Part shown: positions 29,054 to 38,763 of the stretch, piece by piece
Numbering within the stretch: position 1 is the stretch's first letter
How the letters are laid out: each line of letters begins with the position of its first letter
Position numbers and translations under genes: made by a program
NCBI GenBank assembly: GCA_965217775.1
Contig: CBDCJH010000002.1
Location: forward strand, 2,176,001-2,240,000
From: Acidobacteriota bacterium
GTDB lineage: Bacteria > Acidobacteriota > UBA6911 > RPQK01 > JAJDTT01
Direction: 5' to 3'
DNA length: 64,000 nucleotides
The notes under the pieces: model-generated
Told to the model about the DNA's origin: nothing
Databases searched by the model: none
Seen by the model: only the letters and a program-made list of their open reading frames with translations

Positions 29054-31066
29054 GTGCAACCTGTCCGCTTCGACCGCTCTTTCCTTCCCAGGGCCCGCTT
29101 CGAATTTGCCGTCATCAGCGATACCCACAACATCCTGGATCCTGAGCCCTATGCCGTTGAATTCTGCTCGGTTCGGAATTGGCCGGCGCGAGCCAGATGG
29201 GCCGCCGGGATGGCCTCCGATCTAGGCGGGGATTTCCTAGTTCACCTGGGGGACCTGACCGAAGAAAATGCCTCGAAGAAGGGGCAGCTTGAGTCCCGGG
29301 AAGAAGCCTGTCAGGCCTATGAAAGCGCGGGTTTGAGACCCTACCAGGTCGCCGGCAACGTGGATATCGGCGACAAGCCGGATCCCACCATGTTCGCCGA
29401 CTGGGTCAGTGCAGAGACCCTGGCCACTTTTGAAGAGCGCTTTGGCCGTTCTTATTACAGCTTCGACCACGACCAAGCCCATTTCGTCGTCCTCAATTCC
29501 CAGCTCATGGGCGGGCTGCTGCCTCAGGCCGACGAACAGAAGGAGTGGGCGGAGCAAGATCTGGCTAAAAACCGGAACAAACGGATTTTTGTCTTCCTCC
29601 ACATGCCACCTTTCCTGGTGGCCGAAACGGAACCCGGTCTGGGGTTCTACAACACCCTGAACGAGCCCGCCCGAAGCTGGCTCACCGGGCTGTGCCGCCG
29701 CTACCGGGTCGAATTGATGATGTGCGGACACACGCACTTTCGGATGTTCAATCGAATCGGGACCACGCGCCTGATCGTGGCGCCGTCGACGACAACTTCG
29801 CGTGCCGGGTTTTACGAGGCCTTCAGCGTGGCCCCGCCGTCGGAACAGGGTCGGAATGATCCACCCAAGCTGGGGATGCTGCTGGTCAGGGTTCTGGACG
29901 ACGGCACGCGTGTCCATTTCGTTCCGACCCGCGGCCAGACCGAACCGGACCCATTGGAAGCGGGGTGGTCCCGCCTACTCACGAGAACGAGTCAGGATCT
30001 TCAGAATTCACCACTGGGCCTCTTCCTCCGGACTCCTCTGGCTGCCGCCACCGAGGGGGCGCTGGCCTGGCCCAGCGCTTTGCGACAGGGAGTTCGGGAC
30101 GACCATCCCTTTCTGGCCTGTCTGGAACTGGGCGCTCGCCACGTTCGCGTCCCCCTGTCCGATCTGGACAGCCCCCTTCAAAGGGAACGGCTGTCTCGCC
30201 TGCGGGAGGAAGGCGTCGAGCTGACGGCCTTCTGCCTCTGGTCCCCCGAGACGGAAGTAGCAGAAGCGACGGATGTCGACTGTCTGGAATTGCAGATGCC
30301 CACCCGTGTCTTTCCCGCCGAGGATCAATCGACGTTCTTGAAGCTCGCCCGGCACCCCTCGACGCGGGGAGTCAGCCTGGCGCCTCTGCTGACCCGGGAG
30401 ATCTCCAGGACCAAGTATCATCCTCGGATGCGCGTCGGGTATCGACCCGAGGAACTGCCCGAACTCTACCGTTCCCTTGAAAACTCCTCCACCCGGGTCG
30501 ACCGCATCGTCTGCCATCTGGATGACGCGGAGGATCCTCTCATCGGCCTGCTGGAATTCGAGTTCGATCCGGATCGAGAAGTCGCACCCGACTTCGTGTT
30601 GCGCCTGTCCGGCACTGACGAACGCAAACAAGCACAGCGTCTGAGCCGGGCCCTGTGTGGGGCGGCGGCCAGGCCGGGCTGCCGGCTCTTCGTGGACACC
30701 CTGGTCGATCTGGATCGGACCAACGACCTGCAGCTCGGTCTCCTAGACCGGCTGGCCAACCCGAGACCGGCCTTCCAGGTGGCCCGGTGCCTGAACACGA
30801 TCCTGTTTTTCGAGCCCCGAAGCTATCGGGTCGCTCTGGAGGAGAAGGGTGAGATGGTCCGGCTGGACTGGGACTCCGGCCGTGGCTGGCTCATCCCCTC
30901 CCAGCAAGCACTGCCAGAGGGCTGGTTTCAATCCCTTCGAGGCAAGATCAGTGTCTTCGATCTCCTTCGCGGCTGGAAGCGGGACGTCGAGCTCTCTGAG
31001 GAGAATTCTCTCGACTGGCCTTCATTCCCGCCCGGTCCGTTTCTGGTGGAGGTGCTCCAGACCTGA
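29054..31066 (+). CDS. Calcineurin-like metallophosphoesterase with C-terminal extension
   Basis: SDTH, HLGD, GNVD (variant of GNHD), FLHMP and GHTH motifs. Confidence 0.85.
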   Translation: MQPVRFDRSFLPRARFEFAVISDTHNILDPEPYAVEFCSVRNWPARARWAAGMASDLGGDFLVHLGDLTEENASKKGQLESREEACQAYESAGLRPYQVAGNVDIGDKPDPTMFADWVSAETLATFEERFGRSYYSFDHDQAHFVVLNSQLMGGLLPQADEQKEWAEQDLAKNRNKRIFVFLHMPPFLVAETEPGLGFYNTLNEPARSWLTGLCRRYRVELMMCGHTHFRMFNRIGTTRLIVAPSTTTSRAGFYEAFSVAPPSEQGRNDPPKLGMLLVRVLDDGTRVHFVPTRGQTEPDPLEAGWSRLLTRTSQDLQNSPLGLFLRTPLAAATEGALAWPSALRQGVRDDHPFLACLELGARHVRVPLSDLDSPLQRERLSRLREEGVELTAFCLWSPETEVAEATDVDCLELQMPTRVFPAEDQSTFLKLARHPSTRGVSLAPLLTREISRTKYHPRMRVGYRPEELPELYRSLENSSTRVDRIVCHLDDAEDPLIGLLEFEFDPDREVAPDFVLRLSGTDERKQAQRLSRALCGAAARPGCRLFVDTLVDLDRTNDLQLGLLDRLANPRPAFQVARCLNTILFFEPRSYRVALEEKGEMVRLDWDSGRGWLIPSQQALPEGWFQSLRGKISVFDLLRGWKRDVELSEENSLDWPSFPPGPFLVEVLQT

Positions 31067-31147
31067 AGCAGGTGCGTCGCCCGGGAGTCGGCAGCGTTTC
31101 GGAGACTGGGAGGCCGCGGCCCGCTGGCCGGGCGAGTTCCACCGGGC

Positions 31148-32785
31148 TCAGGGCCGCTGCTGTGATCGGACCTGAAAGCGGTCGCTGACCACGACCTCGC
31201 CCTTCTGAATCAAATCCGAGACCCTGGCCGAGATCTCATAGACTCCGGCCTCGAATTCCTTGAGGGGAAAAGGTCGAAGGAAGACCACGCGCTGGGACGA
31301 CAAGAACTGGACCGACTCCCCCTGACCGTCGACCACGGATTGGAGCACTCGACCCGCATGACGGATCTCGTACGAAAGTTCCAGGGCCGGGCGCATGGTG
31401 GTCTGATCGAAGGCAGCGTTATAGACCTGAAAATAGAAGTTCAGCTCATCGGAGGGATAGAAAACTCTGTCGAGGCTGGGCCGAATGTGTAGGTCTCCGA
31501 GCACGAACATCTCGTCCTTTTCCGGGGCACCGCTCAACTGCGTGACCTGCCGGGCCAGGAAAACTGAACTGGCGTTCAGATCCTCTTTCGGTGGAGGGGG
31601 AATCAAGACCATGCGGCGAACACCCGTTTCCCCGCTGTTCAGGTCCTTGAGCACGAGGTCAAGTTTGTAACGGCCTTTCCGTTCCAAAATCAGCATCTTT
31701 TGAAACGCGGACCAGCCGGTCCGAGATCCGGCCTCGACGACCAGGTCGGAGTCGAACTCATCGATGATCCGGTTGGACAGGCTCGTGACGATTCCATACA
31801 CGGCCACTTTAGCCCACCGGCTTTCCCCTTCCACCACAAAATTCAGCTCACGGTTTTCGATTTCAACACTTACGGGCACCAGAGACCGGTCCTCGTTCAG
31901 CTTGAAGTAATCGACGCGATGAGAGAAGGGCAGCTCGTCGAAGGTGACGTTCACATCGACAAAACTCTTCAGGTCAGTGTATTTGAGCGGCGTCGCCCGC
32001 TGAACCTGGACGAAGGTTTCGTAGCGAATGAAGGGACGGTCAGCGTAGCGGGTGCTCTGGAGAGGGTAGTCCGTGTTGCCGGGAGAGAAAAAAGGACGAT
32101 CGGCCTTGGAGGCAAGGCCCATCTCTTCCACCAGAGTCAGGCCCGCACCCGGAACGTGGAGCAGAGCGTCCTTTTCTTCCGGCTGAAGCGCCAAGCGGTA
32201 TTCACTGGTCATCGTCGGATCCACGAACTCCAGCACGACGTCGGTTCCGACGCCTTCGATGTATCGATATCGCCAGACCTCGAAGGGGAAGGTGACGGTC
32301 GAGCCCCCGCCTTCATGGAGAGGCCGTTCGTACAAGCCCCCGGAGGGATGGGGTTCGATCCCCGTCGGCGGGCCGTGAATGATGTAGATCCGGCCCCGAT
32401 CCGACTGCCATCCGGGCAGCCCGCTGGTAAATCTCTCGTTGGCAAAAGCAATCCGGCGGTAGTGCTCTTGCTTGAACTCGTTGTAGGCTGTTCGAGGGTC
32501 GGGGTCGCGCCGAAACCAGAACTGTTGGATGAATTGCTCTTTCTCTTCGGGCGTCGAAAGCTTTTCGAAGACCCTCCTCTCTTCCTCGCTGATGACGTAC
32601 ACGACGTCCTCGTTCAGCCACTTCGCAAAGTAGTCTTCTTGATCTTCGCGGATTAGGGCCTCACGCTGCCCCGAGCTCTTTTCCTGGGGAGTTGCTTCGG
32701 CTGGACTCGGGAACGAACCGGCCAGCGCCAGACTCAGGAGGAACCAATAGAGAATCTGCTGACGCCGGGAAATGGGAACATACAC
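31148..32785 (-). CDS. GWxTD domain-containing protein
   Basis: KWLNEDVVYVIS...FIQQFWFRRDPDP...EHYRRIAFANERF...GWQSDRGRIYIIHGPP; signal peptide. Confidence 0.92.
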   Translation of the reverse strand: MYVPISRRQQILYWFLLSLALAGSFPSPAEATPQEKSSGQREALIREDQEDYFAKWLNEDVVYVISEEERRVFEKLSTPEEKEQFIQQFWFRRDPDPRTAYNEFKQEHYRRIAFANERFTSGLPGWQSDRGRIYIIHGPPTGIEPHPSGGLYERPLHEGGGSTVTFPFEVWRYRYIEGVGTDVVLEFVDPTMTSEYRLALQPEEKDALLHVPGAGLTLVEEMGLASKADRPFFSPGNTDYPLQSTRYADRPFIRYETFVQVQRATPLKYTDLKSFVDVNVTFDELPFSHRVDYFKLNEDRSLVPVSVEIENRELNFVVEGESRWAKVAVYGIVTSLSNRIIDEFDSDLVVEAGSRTGWSAFQKMLILERKGRYKLDLVLKDLNSGETGVRRMVLIPPPPKEDLNASSVFLARQVTQLSGAPEKDEMFVLGDLHIRPSLDRVFYPSDELNFYFQVYNAAFDQTTMRPALELSYEIRHAGRVLQSVVDGQGESVQFLSSQRVVFLRPFPLKEFEAGVYEISARVSDLIQKGEVVVSDRFQVRSQQRP

Positions 32786-32892
32786 TCTTGGATTATAACC
32801 CACGGTTTGAAAATGAGGGTAGGACGGGAGGCTTCCTCGTCGCCGGCGTCGACAACGACTCGGGGTCCAGGATTCTGCTGTTCCAGATTGTC

Positions 32893-33438
32893 TCACCGGC
32901 GGTAGGTCATCGCCTTGCGCTTGCTCGCGTTCGCCCGCACCTTCGTGCCGTCGATAGACAGGGTCCCGAACTTCGGCAACCCCAGCTCCCGCGCCAGCCC
33001 CACCACCTCCACGAACAGCTGCCGAAAGTCCTCCAGGTTCCGGCGATGAAACTCGCTCATCGTCCGATGCGCCGGAAAGTTCCCCGCCGCCAGCATCCGA
33101 AACGCCACGTCCTCTTCCAGCTTCTTTGCGATCCCCCGAGAAGAAAACACACCGGTCGCGTACCCGCAGACCAGCAGCTTCACCATCATCCGAGGCTCAT
33201 ACGGGGCGTTGCGCCGGCCGTCCCCTTCGTAGGGAGCGTAAAACGCCGTCAGGTCCAGTCCGTCCACCAGTTCGCTCACGTGGTAGGCCAGATGTCCCTC
33301 CGGCAGCCAGTCCCGAAGGTCCGGGTGGCAGCAGCAGTTTCTGCTTCGGGTGATAGGGACGAAACGTCGTTGGCATCCAGCACCTCCGTCGCCTATTTTC
33401 CCATCATCGTGAGACGCTGTATCTACGGCGCAGACTCC
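32893..33438 (-). pseudogene. IS1182-family element remnant (5' end plus truncated, frameshifted transposase)
   Basis: MPTTFRPYHPKQKLLLP/PDLRDWLPEGHLA...PYEPRMMVKLL...SSRGIAK...IDGTKVRANASKRKAM, then truncated. The terminal sequence GGAGTCTGCGCCGTAGA begins at 33438. Confidence 0.88.
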
Positions 33439-33562
33439 TAGTCCGAATATCTCACCAAGTCGCTGAGCATTTGGCGAAAAGGATATTCCGATAAGGCGTG
33501 TACTCGTCCATTTGTCGAAGTCTCCCAAATAACAGGCTGCGCTGGGCGCGCCCTCGCTGGTC

Positions 33563-33644
33563 TTTTCGCCCGTAGCGTGCACGTGCTCCCTCAAACGTAG
33601 TCCCGGCTACGCTTTCGGTCGCGAGCACCCGCTACGGGCGAAAA
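33563..33644. repeat. Cruciform palindromic element next to the IS110 end
   Basis: Perfect 15-bp inverted repeat TTTTCGCCCGTAGCG / CGCTACGGGCGAAAA enclosing GTGCTC/GAGCAC and CGTAG/CTACG stems. Confidence 0.8.
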
Positions 33645-33684
33645 TCCTGCGCGATCATCATGCCCCCTTCTGAGAAACAACCCT

Positions 33685-35028
33685 TTATGTCGCCTGCGAA
33701 ACTAGCTTGTAGCCGAGGAGACGGGCCTGGTTTCGCACCCGGCGTTCGAAACGTTGCCGGTCCTGGTGCTCGGTCTCGGTGATCTTGTCCTCCTTATAGT
33801 CCACGCGATCGGTGATGAGGCGATAGATGATCCGGGCGAGTTTATGCGCGGTGGCGACGATCGCCGCCGGCGTGCCCACTCGGGCGCGCAGCCGGCGGAA
33901 GTATTGCCCGAGAGGCGATTGGCTGCGAAACAGGGACTGGGTGGCCCAGCGCAGAGCCTGGGCGGCCCGGTTCGCGCCCGGTCCGGTGCTGGAACTGATC
34001 ACCTTGCCGCCGCTGATCTTGTTCTTGGGACACAGGCCCAGCCAGGAGGCGAAGTGCGCCGAATTGGGAAAGCGGGACAGATCCGGTCCCACTTCCGTGA
34101 ACAGGACCAGGGCGGTCTGCTCCCCGATGCCGGGGATGCACATCAGGTCCGTGCCCATCAGTTGCTTCAGTTGCACCCGCAACGGCACCGCCGCAGCCGA
34201 GGCGTCCGCACCCTCTGAGGCCCTCGCTTCAAGCGGTAGCGTCGAGCGTTCGAACCCCCGGATCAGGACGGCGATTTCCTGATCACATTCCCCCAAGAGC
34301 TGCTGGAAGTGGGCATAGGTCTCCCGAGCTTGGCGTAGCGTGAACAGCAGTTCGTCGCGCCAGTTCCCTTCCAACGCTGCGATCAACAGTTCCCGTTTTC
34401 GGGTCCGAATCCGCGGGTGGGCCAAGTCGGCCAACCGGGCCGGATCCCGCTCGCCAGCCAGGATGGCGTCGATGATCCGCAGCCCCGAGAGTCCCGTGAT
34501 GTCGGTGATCGCATGGTGCAGATGGACATTCATCTGGTCCATCGCCTTTTGCATGTGCAGCGTCGCCTTCGCGGCGGCCTTGACCAAGGTGTCGCGGTGC
34601 CGTAGCAGGGTGCGCACCCGACAGCTCTCGTCGGCCGGTCGGAACGAGCCCCGCAACAAGCCCACCGAGTGCAGGTACCGCAGCCACTCGCAGTCGGCCA
34701 CGTCGGACTTGCGTCCGGGGACCACACTCACATGACGGGCGTTGACCAGCACCACATCGAACCCGTAGTGCTCCAGGATCTGGTACACCGGGATCCAGTA
34801 GACTCCCGTCGACTCCATGGCCACGCTTTTTACGTGGCACCCCTGCAGCCACCGCGCCAGGGCGTGCAGTTGGGAAGTAAAGCTGCGAAACGATCGGATC
34901 GGCTGCGGATCGCGGTCGGGGCGGATCGCGACGTACAGTTCCCGAGCGCCGATGTCGATGCCGGCGGCCTCCGGATGCACGACGTTGGGTTGGGCGCTCC
35001 GAGTGCCGGTGCGTTTGCGTCTTGCCAT
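33685..35028 (-). CDS. IS110-family (DEDD) transposase/recombinase
   Basis: AAGIDIG, VAMESTGVYW, GRKSDVADC, IPGIG, SWLGLCP..KISGG, IVATAHKLARIIY; GGAGG RBS before the ATG at 35028. Confidence 0.95.
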   Translation of the reverse strand: MARRKRTGTRSAQPNVVHPEAAGIDIGARELYVAIRPDRDPQPIRSFRSFTSQLHALARWLQGCHVKSVAMESTGVYWIPVYQILEHYGFDVVLVNARHVSVVPGRKSDVADCEWLRYLHSVGLLRGSFRPADESCRVRTLLRHRDTLVKAAAKATLHMQKAMDQMNVHLHHAITDITGLSGLRIIDAILAGERDPARLADLAHPRIRTRKRELLIAALEGNWRDELLFTLRQARETYAHFQQLLGECDQEIAVLIRGFERSTLPLEARASEGADASAAAVPLRVQLKQLMGTDLMCIPGIGEQTALVLFTEVGPDLSRFPNSAHFASWLGLCPKNKISGGKVISSSTGPGANRAAQALRWATQSLFRSQSPLGQYFRRLRARVGTPAAIVATAHKLARIIYRLITDRVDYKEDKITETEHQDRQRFERRVRNQARLLGYKLVSQAT

Positions 35029-35066
35029 GATGATTGCCTCCACGTTGATTTGGAAAATGTGCCAAT

Positions 35067-35250
35067 ATGGAGCGGGGCGGCCAGGGCGTGAGTTCCGGTA
35101 ATCTTCTGTTTGGGATGATCCTCTCTGGCTTGCTGCCAGGGAGGATCTCACCAAGGATTCCGCCACCCGCCCCGGGACCAAGCTGATGACCGGGTTCGCC
35201 TCGAAAGGCTCAACGCCAGTGGGGGACCGGACTACTTCACGCCCCACTCC
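35067..35250 (-). ncRNA. Candidate IS110 bridge/seek RNA
   Basis: TAGAAT -10-like box just upstream; nested long-range stems (GGAGTGGGGC/GCCCCGCTCC, GGGCGTGA/TCACGCCC, TCCGGT/ACCGGA) enclosing a GCCT-TTCG-AGGC hairpin and a GATCCTC..CTGGC/GCCAG..GAGGATC hairpin. IS110 non-coding ends are known to encode guide RNAs. Confidence 0.6.
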
Positions 35251-35426
35251 GAAACTGGCCCCATTCTAGCGAAAGCGAACCCCCCTGTTTCTCTTAGGAT
35301 TTCGCCGGCCCCAGGCCGGTGGGGGAGCTGGTGAGAAATGCGGACTGAACGCCCCCACTCTGTAGCCTGGCGAAGAGCCCTTCTTCCTCATCCGCCCGGA
35401 GACCCGGCAGAGCCACGGCCCAAAAC

Positions 35427-35464
35427 AAAAAAATGCCTGCACCACCCGGAGGCGGTGCAGGCAT
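35427..35464 (-). terminator. Rho-independent terminator of the ompA-like gene
   Basis: ATGCCTGCACC/GGTGCAGGCAT stem followed on the minus strand by a T7 run. Confidence 0.85.
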
Positions 35465-35523
35465 TCGGATCACTCGATGATCACCGGCTGGATGGGACTC
35501 CATTCAGCCGTGGAGTCTGGGCC

Positions 35524-36777
35524 CTACGGAACGTAGAGTTCCACTTCGACCCGGCGATTCTCCTTGCGGCCCTCGCGCGTCTTGTTGTCGGCGACAGGCA
35601 TGGATTCGCCGGCGCTCTTGGTGGCGATCCTGGAATCGCCGACGCTGTGCTGCGTGGTCAAGTAGGCCTTCGCTCGGTCGGCCCGCTTGGCTCCGGCCTT
35701 CATGTTGCCCTTCTCGCTGCCCACGGAGTCGGTGTGGCCGGTGATAGTGGCCATCAGACTCGGGTTCTGCTGCAACTTGAGGGCGATCTCGTCCAGCTTG
35801 GCCTTGGCCACGTTGTTGAGCCGGCCGTTGACCTGGATGACGATATTCTCGCGGACCTTGAAGGAGGCCGTGGCCATACCCTTTCCGCCGCGATCGTCAC
35901 TGGCCGTGACCGAAACCGCGTGAGAGCCGCCGCCCATTCCGCTGGTGTTGACCGTGTAGGTGCTGCCGGAACCGGACATGCTACGGCCGTTCACCGCCCA
36001 GGCGTAGGTGATGGGATCGCCTTCGGCGTCGCTGGCCTTGGCCGTGGCCATGACCGCTTCACCCATCATGACCTCCGACTTGCTGAGGCTCAGGGTCACC
36101 TTGGGATCGGTGTTGGGCCTGCGGTTGAGGTTCACGTTGAAGGTGCAACTGGCGGTCATGTTGTCCGAGTCTTTGACCGTGACCGTGGCCCGGTGGGCCC
36201 CGACCGAACGGCCGGCGGTCCCGAACTGGAGGCTCGCCATGTTGCCGCTCACCGAACTCCCGTCGACTGCCCAGGAGTAGGTCAGAGGATCGTTGTTGGC
36301 ATCCGATGCGCTGGCCTTCAACGTCACGCTCTTGCCCTCGGTCACGTTCACCGTGCTTGGGTTGCAGGCGATCGTGGGCTTCTGCTTGTTCTTCTCGACC
36401 ATGACGTCGATGGAGCAGGTTTCCTGCAGCTTGCGGTCGTCGAGCTCAGCCGTCACCTGGACCGTTCCCGGCTTCAAGCCGGTCGCGTCGAAGGTGGCGG
36501 ACACCGAAACCGGTGTGTTGGCATCCTGGTCCAACCCGCCTCCCGACACCCTGCCCTGGCTGGCCGACCAGGTGAGCGTCAATTTGTCGCTGTCTCCACC
36601 GAAAGTGAATCGGTCGGGATCGGAGGCCTGAACCGTCAACTGTACGGAACTGCCCTCGACCACGGACGCTCGGCCGGCACCGCAGTCGAGCTGGGGCGGA
36701 CGATTCACACAACCCGTCGCTACCAGAACCGCAAGACCCAGCACTGATACCGCCAGGAACCGTTTTCTCCAAGCCAT
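35524..36777 (-). CDS. OmpA-family lipoprotein with three Ig/PKD-like repeats
   Basis: Lipobox VATGC; repeated ASD.DxDPLTYxW modules; C-terminal ITGHTDSVG...RADRAKAYL...NRRVEV. Confidence 0.92.
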   Translation of the reverse strand: MAWRKRFLAVSVLGLAVLVATGCVNRPPQLDCGAGRASVVEGSSVQLTVQASDPDRFTFGGDSDKLTLTWSASQGRVSGGGLDQDANTPVSVSATFDATGLKPGTVQVTAELDDRKLQETCSIDVMVEKNKQKPTIACNPSTVNVTEGKSVTLKASASDANNDPLTYSWAVDGSSVSGNMASLQFGTAGRSVGAHRATVTVKDSDNMTASCTFNVNLNRRPNTDPKVTLSLSKSEVMMGEAVMATAKASDAEGDPITYAWAVNGRSMSGSGSTYTVNTSGMGGGSHAVSVTASDDRGGKGMATASFKVRENIVIQVNGRLNNVAKAKLDEIALKLQQNPSLMATITGHTDSVGSEKGNMKAGAKRADRAKAYLTTQHSVGDSRIATKSAGESMPVADNKTREGRKENRRVEVELYVP

Positions 36778-36911
36778 GACATTCCCCCCCTGTGGATGAA
36801 TTCGAAGAACTATGCTCAGTCGGCATTATACAGGCGCGGTTTCGAATGTAAATACCCCATGAGAACCAAAAAGGCCGAGGTTTCCGCGCCTTTCGGGGGA
36901 CAGCCGCGAAA

Positions 36912-37910
36912 TCAGTTCCAGTTGATGCAGACTCCGATCATTTCCGCCTCTCCCGAATCCATTCTGGCATAGACGTCTGGCAACTCCTCCCATTCGAACT
37001 GGTGGGTGAGCATGGGAGCGACTTGCAAGCGTCCTCGGGCAAGGTAATCCAGAGTCAGATCCAGGGAGCGCCGGCGGTCCCAGCGTTGTCCTGCCGGCGG
37101 GTAACCGTAGGAGGTCTTCAAGGAAAGGTTCTTGCGCAAGTAGGGATAGTTCACCGGACTGAAGTGGGGCTGGTCGGTGTGGCGCGCCACCACCACGACC
37201 CTGCCCCCGGACCGGGCGATGTCCAAGCCCGTCTCCACCGCCTTCCAGGTGGAGGCCGCCTCGACCACCAGGTCGGCTCCCTCACCTCCGAAAAATTCCC
37301 TGATCCGTTCCGTGAAGCCGTCCTCGGCCGGGCTTCCGGTCCAGTCGGCTCCCATCGATCGGGCCACCTTCAGACGATTCCGGTCCAGGTCCACGACCGC
37401 CGTCCGGCATCCGAAGACGCGGCAAAAGGCCAATGCCGAGAGACCGATGAGGCCCGATCCGACGATGGCCACGTTCTCCCCGGGCATGACGTCACCCCGG
37501 CGCAGGGCGATATGAGCCACTTCCATGATGCTCAGGAAAACACCCACGTGATCCGGTATGGCGTCCGGAAGCCGTGTGGCCACCTCCACCGGCGACACCG
37601 CCATCTGCTTGTGCGGCTGCGGAACGAAGACCCGGTCGCCGGTCCGGAAACCGGAGACGCCGGACCCTGCCTCCACGACTTCTCCCACCATGGAATACCC
37701 GTTCTCCACCGGGAACTGCAGCGGGAATCCGGGATACAGGTACTTCTGCTCCCGATCCACGGGAATCCCGCGGTAAACGCGAAGCTCGGTCCCCGTGCTG
37801 ATGGCGGTCATTCGCGCCCGGACGACCAAGCCGCCGGCCGGACAATCAGGATCGGGAACCTCTTGGAACCGGGCGTTTCGGGGGCCGGTAACGATGAGTC
37901 GTATGGACAT
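36912..37910 (-). CDS. MDR-family (zinc-binding-type) alcohol/sugar dehydrogenase
   Basis: ISTGTE, GYSMVGEV, GSGLIG Rossmann motif, GADLVVEA. Confidence 0.88.
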   Translation of the reverse strand: MSIRLIVTGPRNARFQEVPDPDCPAGGLVVRARMTAISTGTELRVYRGIPVDREQKYLYPGFPLQFPVENGYSMVGEVVEAGSGVSGFRTGDRVFVPQPHKQMAVSPVEVATRLPDAIPDHVGVFLSIMEVAHIALRRGDVMPGENVAIVGSGLIGLSALAFCRVFGCRTAVVDLDRNRLKVARSMGADWTGSPAEDGFTERIREFFGGEGADLVVEAASTWKAVETGLDIARSGGRVVVVARHTDQPHFSPVNYPYLRKNLSLKTSYGYPPAGQRWDRRRSLDLTLDYLARGRLQVAPMLTHQFEWEELPDVYARMDSGEAEMIGVCINWN

Positions 37911-37993
37911 TCGAGCTTGCGCCTTTCCCAACGCCGCACACTATAATGAATCGCCTTTTTGTCATACGAACCTGGCGGTTTCAAGGAGGGTCC

Positions 37994-38740
37994 ATGAGTT
38001 ATCAGGAATACAAGGCGGCCTACAAGCGGGATGGACATCTGGTTGTCCGGCAGTTCCTGACCCAGGACGAATTCCAGGAGCTCTCCGACAACGTCGACCG
38101 GTATATCCGGGACGTGGTGCCGGGCCTGCCCCCCAGCAAGGCCTTTTATCAGGACCCTGAGAAGCCCGAGACGCTGAAACAGCTCCAAGACATGGAGGAA
38201 GACCCCTTCTTCCGGGATTTCCTCGAACACCCGAAACTGGTCTCACTCGCCGAAACCCTGGTGGGGGAGCCGGTCAAGGGGAATACGGAATGGTTCAATA
38301 AGCCGCCCAACACCCAGCACGCCACGCCGCCTCACCAGGACAATTACTACTTCTGTCTGATTCCCTGCAACGTCGTGACCCTCTGGCTCCCGCTGGAGCC
38401 GGTCGACGAGGAAAACGGCTGCTTGCGCTACGTCACCGGCTCCCACATGGAGGGTTACCGTCCTCACAACCCGACGGAAGTCATCGGCTTTTCCCAGGGG
38501 ATCACCGACTACGGACCTCGGGACCGGCTCCAGGAACACCGGGTGGTGCTGCAGCCGGGCGATCTGGCGGCCCACCACGGAATGATGATCCACAGCGCGG
38601 AACCCAACCGCTCCACCCACCGTCACCGGCCGGCGTTCGCCGTCGTCTACAAAGGGGTCAGTTGCCGCATGGACGAGGACGCGGCCCGCCGCTACCGGGA
38701 GAACCTCCGAAGGCAACACCAAGAGGCCGGAATGGCCTGA
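37994..38740 (+). CDS. Phytanoyl-CoA dioxygenase (PhyH) family Fe(II)/2OG oxygenase
   Basis: FNKPP...TPPHQDNYY (HxD), ENGCLRYVTGSH, IHSAEPNRS; AGGAGG RBS. Confidence 0.92.
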   Translation: MSYQEYKAAYKRDGHLVVRQFLTQDEFQELSDNVDRYIRDVVPGLPPSKAFYQDPEKPETLKQLQDMEEDPFFRDFLEHPKLVSLAETLVGEPVKGNTEWFNKPPNTQHATPPHQDNYYFCLIPCNVVTLWLPLEPVDEENGCLRYVTGSHMEGYRPHNPTEVIGFSQGITDYGPRDRLQEHRVVLQPGDLAAHHGMMIHSAEPNRSTHRHRPAFAVVYKGVSCRMDEDAARRYRENLRRQHQEAGMA

Positions 38741-38763
38741 ACCGGCGGCCGGGTTTCTGGCGG

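Larger units (their letters stand above)
33667..35295 (-). mobile_element. IS110-family insertion sequence, apparently intact
   Basis: Intact transposase, subterminal inverted AGAAAC / GTTTCT at the two ends, and a ~265-bp 5' non-coding end. Exact boundaries are uncertain by a few bp. Confidence 0.85.
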
